DNA from: Caedimonas varicaedens
GTDB lineage: Bacteria > Pseudomonadota > Alphaproteobacteria > Caedimonadales > Caedimonadaceae
Direction: 5' to 3'
DNA length: 12,678 nt
Assembly: GCA_001192655.1 (NCBI GenBank)
Contig: BBVC01000083.1
Span: 1-12,678, forward strand
The notes below the pieces were generated by a model. It saw only the letters and a list, made by a program, of their open reading frames with translations, searched no databases and was not told the origin of the DNA. Position numbers and translations under genes: made by a program. This document shows, piece by piece, positions 8,229 through 12,678 of this stretch. The number at the start of each line of letters is the position of its first letter. Position 1 is the first letter of the stretch.

Positions 8229-9419
8229 TTGTCCGTATTGTCAAGTTATTCTCCTGTTTTTTCTCTCTTAAATCATAAAAGAATACTTCAGGTCGTTCCT
8301 TCATTAACACAGGGGGGGGTTGAAAAAGGAAGTCTGGAAATTGCTGAAGCTATTATCGCCGCGGGTGGAAAAGCTTTTATTGCCTCGTCCGGCGGTACCA
8401 TGGTATCAGAGCTTGAACATCTGGGGGGGATTCACTTTTCCTTACCGCTGAATGCCAAAAACCCCCTGACGCTTATGCTAAATAGTTATCGTCTTAAAAA
8501 AATAATCCAGGAACATTCTATTGATCTTATCCATGCGCGATCCAGAGCGCCAGCATGGAGTGCTTTTTGGGCGGCTCGTCTGGAAAATATTCCGTTTATA
8601 ACGACATTTCATGGAACGTATAATTATCATACTTTTCCAAAGAAATATTATAATTCAATTATGGTGCGTGGTGCACGAGTCATTGCAATCTCGGATTTTA
8701 TTCACGAACATATCCTACGTCATTATCGTTCTTATGTCGAACCTGTTCATATTCAGACTATCCCCAGGGGAGCTGATCTTTCTCTTTTTAATCTTTCAGA
8801 TACAAGTTTGAAAACACGTGTCCGAGATCTCAGGAAAAACTGGGAGATTTATGATGCTTCTCCTCTTCTTCTTCTGCCAGCAAGACTCACGCGATGGAAA
8901 GGACAAGCGATTGCTCTTAAGGCGATCTCTTTGCTGAAAGATTTCAAGGGTCTTTTAATTCTCTTAGGTTCTGATAAAGATCATCAGTCCTATACACAAG
9001 AATTACTGACGCTCGCACAAACTCTGGGCATTTCCGATCGCGTTCGCATCATTTCTCATTGTTCAGATATGCCGGCTGCTTATGTTCTTGCAGATCTTGT
9101 TCTTCATACATCCACAGATCCCGAAGCTTTTGGTCGCATTATCGCAGAAGCTCAGGCTATGGGGCGATGTGTTATTGCGACCAATCATGGCGCCCCCCCC
9201 GAAATTATTGAAGAGGGTGTGACAGGTTTTTTGACGCAGCCAGGAGATTCTGAAGAATTGGCTAGAAAAATAAAAGTTTTTTTAACGTTGCCTCTTCCCC
9301 ACAGGAAACAAATAGGGCAAAAAGCGGTTGAACGTATTCGTTGTTTTTTTTCAAAAGACCAGATGGTCGAAAAAACGCTTGCGATTTACACAGAACTTTT
9401 AACAGAAAAAGTAAAATAA
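8229..9419 (+). CDS. glycosyltransferase family 4 (GT-B, retaining), probable LPS/surface glycan enzyme
   Basis: 396 aa. RILQVVPSLTQGGVE near the N-terminus and the EX7E region PEAFGRIIAEAQAMGRCVIATNHGAPPEIIEEGVTGFL are GT4 hallmarks. The start is uncertain (TTG at 8229 or 8238; no ATG/GTG nearby; weak RBS). Confidence 0.9.
   Translation: MSVLSSYSPVFSLLNHKRILQVVPSLTQGGVEKGSLEIAEAIIAAGGKAFIASSGGTMVSELEHLGGIHFSLPLNAKNPLTLMLNSYRLKKIIQEHSIDLIHARSRAPAWSAFWAARLENIPFITTFHGTYNYHTFPKKYYNSIMVRGARVIAISDFIHEHILRHYRSYVEPVHIQTIPRGADLSLFNLSDTSLKTRVRDLRKNWEIYDASPLLLLPARLTRWKGQAIALKAISLLKDFKGLLILLGSDKDHQSYTQELLTLAQTLGISDRVRIISHCSDMPAAYVLADLVLHTSTDPEAFGRIIAEAQAMGRCVIATNHGAPPEIIEEGVTGFLTQPGDSEELARKIKVFLTLPLPHRKQIGQKAVERIRCFFSKDQMVEKTLAIYTELLTEKVK
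8312..8319. repeat. poly-G tract (8 nt) inside the GT4 CDS
   Basis: cag ggg ggg gtt, counted directly in the sequence. Encodes Gly-Gly near codon 29. Confidence 0.95.
8423..8429. repeat. poly-G tract (7 nt) inside the GT4 CDS
   Basis: ctg ggg ggg att, counted directly in the sequence. Confidence 0.95.
9193..9200. repeat. poly-C tract (8 nt) inside the GT4 CDS
   Basis: gcc ccc ccc gaa, counted directly in the sequence. Encodes Pro-Pro within the EX7E region. Confidence 0.95.
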
Positions 9420-9422
9420 CTT

Positions 9423-10370
9423 ATGAAGATTTTGGTCATCAAACATGGGGCTCTGGGGGATATGATTAATGCGATGGGCGCTTTTTCTGCTATCCGTAAA
9501 TCCTTTCCCCAGGCACATATTATCTTGCTCACAAGTTCTACATACGAGACTCTTGCTCGGAGAACTCATTTTTTTGATGATGTTTGGATCGATAGACGTT
9601 CTAAAAATCCCTTAAAATTATGGGTACTGTGTCGCAAGCTAAAGAGCTGGAAGTTTGATTGGGTTTTTGATCTTCAAAATTCAAGGCGAACCTCATGGTA
9701 TTTTTGCTTCTCAGGAAAAGGAACCCAGACCAAATGGTCGGGTATTGCGCCGGGATGTTCTCATCCCCAACACCGACCTGATCGTCGAAAACTTCATGCT
9801 TTCCCCCGCTTTGCAGACCAGTTAAAAATAGCTGGACTGGATTTGCGGGGTCAGCAAGAACTTATCCCTGATATGTCCTGGCTTAAGTCAGATATTCGCA
9901 GATTTAACCTGCCCGGAAAATTTATTGTTCTTATCTCAGGTAGCTCAAAAACAGGAGCTTACAAGCGGTGGACTGCCCAGGGTTATGGAGAGCTTGCCCA
10001 ATGGATAGGCACCCAGAATATAACACCAGTTCTTGTGGGGGGAGCTGATGAAGAAGATGTGATCCGGTACATTATGTCTGTTGCTCCTCAGGCCGTTGAT
10101 CTAAGCCGTCAAACCTCTTTCCTCGAAATTGGAGAAATTGAGAAACATGCTCTTGCCACAGTTGGGAATGATACAGGGGCTGTACATTTGGCAGCAGCCG
10201 TTGGATGCCCCACCCTTGTTCTGTGGTCCAAAGCTTCTCCACCCGAGGTCTTTGCTCCTCGGGGTAATCATGTCAAGGTGCTTTTCAAATCGGAAATTCA
10301 GACGCTCTCAACACCAGAAGTGGTGGCAGCCTTAACACAGCTTCTGAAGGAAAACCAACGTGCAGGATGA
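9423..10370 (+). CDS. glycosyltransferase family 9 (ADP-heptose:LPS heptosyltransferase-like)
   Basis: 315 aa. MKILVIKHGALGDMINAMGAFSAIRKSFPQAHIILLT is the typical GT9 N-terminus. C-terminal ...VGNDTGAVHLAAAVGCPTLVLW matches the GT9 nucleotide-sugar binding region. It starts 3 nt after the GT4 stop. Confidence 0.9.
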   Translation: MKILVIKHGALGDMINAMGAFSAIRKSFPQAHIILLTSSTYETLARRTHFFDDVWIDRRSKNPLKLWVLCRKLKSWKFDWVFDLQNSRRTSWYFCFSGKGTQTKWSGIAPGCSHPQHRPDRRKLHAFPRFADQLKIAGLDLRGQQELIPDMSWLKSDIRRFNLPGKFIVLISGSSKTGAYKRWTAQGYGELAQWIGTQNITPVLVGGADEEDVIRYIMSVAPQAVDLSRQTSFLEIGEIEKHALATVGNDTGAVHLAAAVGCPTLVLWSKASPPEVFAPRGNHVKVLFKSEIQTLSTPEVVAALTQLLKENQRAG

Positions 10371-10623
10371 AAAAATATTGAAAAGAGTCTTATACCGCGC
10401 CTGTTATCGTGGCGGAAAAGAAGCAGATCGAATTTTGGGAAGCTTTGCAAAAACCCATGCGACTTCTTTAAGCGCTCAGGAGCTTGAAGATCTGGATGCT
10501 CTTCTTCAGTGTGATGATGGTGATATTTTTGCCTGGCTTGAACAAATAGAGCCGGTTCCTTCCAAATTTGACACTCCTGCATTGCAGATTCTCAGAAATT
10601 ATACAAAACTTTTAAAGACATAA
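10360..10623 (+). CDS. sdhE: FAD assembly factor SdhE (succinate dehydrogenase assembly factor 2 homologue, DUF339)
   Basis: 87 aa, GTG start overlapping the GT9 gene by 11 nt. It has the RGxxE motif (YRGGKEAD) and LLQCDDGDIFAWL, which parallels E. coli SdhE LLECDDPDLFNWL. Confidence 0.85.
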   Translation: MQDEKILKRVLYRACYRGGKEADRILGSFAKTHATSLSAQELEDLDALLQCDDGDIFAWLEQIEPVPSKFDTPALQILRNYTKLLKT

Positions 10624-10686
10624 CTCTTTTTTTGTTGCCTATTTTTTTGACTTTAGAGATACTCTGCAAAAAGATAGGAGAAATGT

Positions 10687-11373
10687 ATGAAGCGCATATC
10701 CCAATCCCAGGCAGGATTCAGTTTGATTGAACTTGCTATTGCTCTTGTGATCATTGGTCTTGTCATCGGTGGTGTCCTTTTTAAAGGGGGTGACCTTATT
10801 GAAAGCGCACGTCTCAAAAATGTTCTTTCCCAGGTTAATGAGATTCGTCTTGCCGTTGCGACTTTTCAGGATCGTTATCAATCCCTGCCCGGGGATTATG
10901 ATGAAGCTTCTCTGCAGATCAAGGATGGGCTGACCAACGGAAAAAATAACGGGGTGATTGATGGTCAGGGGCTTTCCCCTGATGCAGAGGCTTCTCATTT
11001 TTGGAGCCATTTAGCCGCAGCTCAATTAATTTCTGATCCCGGTAAAATTGAAGAGAATGCTCCTCTTGGTTTTGGTCATGGTGCCCCGGCTTCCAAAATA
11101 GGGGGAGGTTTTACGATTCAATATGAACCTGAAAATATGCCGGGACACTGGATTGTTCTGGGCGCTGCAAATGGCCAGAGTGGTGATGGTGCTTTGTTAA
11201 CGCCGCTTCAGTCCATGCATCTTGATCAGAAAGCTGATGATGGTAATCCTAAAACAGGAAAGATTCGCGCACTACAAGGGAAAAATACAGAAGAAAAATG
11301 TTTGACTGACGACGGCCACTATAACACCAAAGTGACAAAACCCGCATGTATCGTCTATTTTCAATTGCAATAA
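10687..11373 (+). CDS. type IV pilin / type II secretion pseudopilin-like protein (prepilin-type N-terminal cleavage/methylation domain)
   Basis: AGGAG RBS (10676-10680) 6 nt before the ATG. Leader MKRISQSQAG, then FSLIELAIALVIIGLVIGG (Gly-1, Phe+1, Glu+5). Two C-terminal Cys 16 residues apart (EEKC...KPAC) resemble a pilin D-region disulfide. Confidence 0.85.
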   Translation: MKRISQSQAGFSLIELAIALVIIGLVIGGVLFKGGDLIESARLKNVLSQVNEIRLAVATFQDRYQSLPGDYDEASLQIKDGLTNGKNNGVIDGQGLSPDAEASHFWSHLAAAQLISDPGKIEENAPLGFGHGAPASKIGGGFTIQYEPENMPGHWIVLGAANGQSGDGALLTPLQSMHLDQKADDGNPKTGKIRALQGKNTEEKCLTDDGHYNTKVTKPACIVYFQLQ

Positions 11374-12314
11374 ACTGGGTGCGCCATAACAGTATAAAAT
11401 CTTCTTCCGCTGGGTTTTCCTTGCTGGAAATGACAATCGTTCTGGCAATCATGGGTGTGCTGGGTGGTTTTGCCTTTCCCTTTCTGACTCATCAAGTTGA
11501 ACAGGCACGCCATAAGAAAACTCGAGAGCACCAAAAAGAAGTCATAGAAGCTCTTGAAACATATTTTGCACACAACAATGCCCTTCCCTGTCCCGCTGAT
11601 CCTGCAGGAACAGGTTCTCCTGTTGAAAACGAAGTACAGGGCATTATTCCCTATCGAGCGCTTGGACTACCTCAAGCAATAGCCAAAGACGGATTTGGCT
11701 ATTATATGACCTACGCCATTGGAATTGAAGGAGAGCAGGGAGCTGCCCGTAAAGCATCAGATTTAAGTAAAGCGGTACACACTCCCCTCACTATTGTTGA
11801 TGAAACAGGACAAAATGTATTAGTTCGTTCTGAAAATTCTATTGCCTGTGTTCTGATTAGTCACGGACCAGAAGGAACAGGCGCTTATTCAGGATCAAGT
11901 GAAACGGCAAGAATAAATCTTGCTCAAGGCAGTGAAGCCGAAAAAAAGAACAGCAACGATGATTTAAACTTTATTACAAGGCCTTATTCCACAAATCCCG
12001 CCAATCCCTTTCGTCATCGGCTTGTTTGGAGGACATACAATAGACTGAAGAAAATCTATCGGGATTTTAAGCCTCTCGAACCAGCTAGTGCAGGACAGAA
12101 AATACACCCTCAAGAAAGAGAAGAAGAACCAAAGCAACCTGTGACCCCACTCCCTGTTCAAGAAAACATAGAACCAGGGACTGAGAGAACACAGGTGTCA
12201 AACGCGCAGGAAGGAAAGAAAAAATTGCCCAAGGTTCCCCATTTTAAGAAAAACAGAAAAAATCTAAAATCGAATGATACACTTCTCAAAGGGACATTAG
12301 GTGACAATTCCTGA
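11346..12314 (+). CDS. prepilin-type N-terminal domain protein (minor pilin/pseudopilin-like) with a long low-complexity C-terminal tail
   Basis: ...SSSAG/FSLLEMTIVLAIMGVLGG has Gly-1, Phe+1 and Glu+5. The track start ATG 11346 overlaps the upstream gene by 28 nt. An in-frame GTG at 11379 (12-aa leader, just after the upstream stop) is an equally plausible start. The last ~85 aa are Pro/Glu/Lys/Gln-rich. Confidence 0.75.
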   Translation: MYRLFSIAINWVRHNSIKSSSAGFSLLEMTIVLAIMGVLGGFAFPFLTHQVEQARHKKTREHQKEVIEALETYFAHNNALPCPADPAGTGSPVENEVQGIIPYRALGLPQAIAKDGFGYYMTYAIGIEGEQGAARKASDLSKAVHTPLTIVDETGQNVLVRSENSIACVLISHGPEGTGAYSGSSETARINLAQGSEAEKKNSNDDLNFITRPYSTNPANPFRHRLVWRTYNRLKKIYRDFKPLEPASAGQKIHPQEREEEPKQPVTPLPVQENIEPGTERTQVSNAQEGKKKLPKVPHFKKNRKNLKSNDTLLKGTLGDNS

Positions 12315-12357
12315 AAGATTTTACTTTGTCGTCGCGTACTGATCAGAGGGATTGCCT

Positions 12358-12660
12358 TTAATGGGACAAGGAACATTTTTTAGGGTCAGTAAGATAAAAC
12401 ACATAAAGTGGCAAATCAATAGACTTCCCTGAGCTGCTCTCTTGAATATGAAGTTGGTAAGTCGCAAAATTAAATGTGGAGCGAACAGGCTCTAAGTCCT
12501 TAAGACGCGTAATTGTATATTGATACTGGTGAGGCGGAAATTGATCTTCCAATTTGGCAAGCCCTGAAGAAATATGCCAATGCAAATGCCATGTTTGTGC
12601 AGGTCTGGATGAAGAAACCTTAATTTCTGTCCAGGGGTTCCAACTCTGAAGTTGATCTCT
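12358..12660 (-). CDS. hypothetical protein fragment, probably 5'-truncated or re-headed by the adjacent IS end
   Basis: My translation of the minus strand from 12678 is stop-free down to TAA at 12358-12360: YVVSYIRDQLQSWNPWTEIKVSSSRPAQTWHLHWHISSGLAKLEDQF...KKCSLSH*. The track shows only the part from the internal Met (12585). The frame runs straight into the IS terminus at ~12661. No family recognised. Confidence 0.4.
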   Translation of the reverse strand, partial: RDQLQSWNPWTEIKVSSSRPAQTWHLHWHISSGLAKLEDQFPPHQYQYTITRLKDLEPVRSTFNFATYQLHIQESSSGKSIDLPLYVFYLTDPKKCSLSH

Positions 12661-12661
12661 A

Positions 12662-12678
12662 ATATAGCTAACAACATA
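12662..12678. mobile_element. terminal repeat of a second IS630-family copy (element continues right of the window)
   Basis: ATATAGCTAACAACATA is the exact reverse complement of 131-147, the terminus of the left-hand IS. Only 17 nt are visible, so the orientation of the copy cannot be determined. Confidence 0.7.

Noticed and set aside
10639-11010. 123-aa minus-strand ORF overlapping the first pilin gene
   Set aside because: The plus-strand frame carries a textbook prepilin cleavage/methylation motif and a strong RBS. The antisense ORF has neither.
11964-12376. Two minus-strand ORFs (65 and 72 aa) antisense to the low-complexity tail of the second pilin-like gene
   Set aside because: They are most likely shadows of a purine-rich coding strand. 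I am less certain here because the plus-strand tail is itself unusual, so the tail is listed as a finding to verify.
148-12661. Interpreting the IS-bracketed segment as a resistance-type composite transposon carrying the RND pump
   Set aside because: The cargo includes core housekeeping genes (hupB, tRNA-Val, sdhE, LPS-type glycosyltransferases), so it is more likely ordinary chromosome lying between two copies of a proliferating IS. The orientation of the right copy is also unknown.
12492-12677. 61-aa minus-strand ORF at the right edge
   Set aside because: It is out of frame with the longer stop-free frame that runs from the window edge to 12358, and its translation looks like noise.

Overview
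Bacterial chromosomal window. By inference it comes from a moderately AT-rich, IS-bearing alphaproteobacterium, based on the HU + tRNA-Val linkage, an SdhE/SDHAF2-type factor and an NDUFAF5/BioC-like methyltransferase. The left edge holds the last ~147 nt of an IS630/Tc1-mariner-family element (transposase C-terminus YLPPYSPDFNPIE..., stop 120-122). The last 17 nt of the window (12662-12678) are a perfect inverted copy of that element's terminus (131-147). The ~12.5 kb in between is therefore bracketed by two IS ends, and the ORFs touching both junctions look IS-modified. From left to right the window contains: two AT-rich signal-peptide ORFans (minus strand); hupB with a sigma70-like promoter and a rho-independent terminator; tRNA-Val(UAC); a minus-strand operon of membrane-fusion protein, RND permease and a methyltransferase-like gene (TAATG stop/start coupling); a plus-strand operon of GT4 glycosyltransferase, GT9 heptosyltransferase-like gene and sdhE; two prepilin-type genes with no pilus or secretion machinery in view; and a convergent ORF open up to the right-hand IS junction. 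The items most worth a second look are the IS bracketing and junction ORFs, the secreted ORFan pair, three G/C homopolymer tracts in the GT4 gene (possible phase variation), the atypical pilin pair, and an apparently degenerate SAM motif in the pump-coupled methyltransferase. I saw no CRISPR array, rRNA, or recognisable defence or toxin-antitoxin system. Nothing here can be called a new system with confidence from sequence alone.
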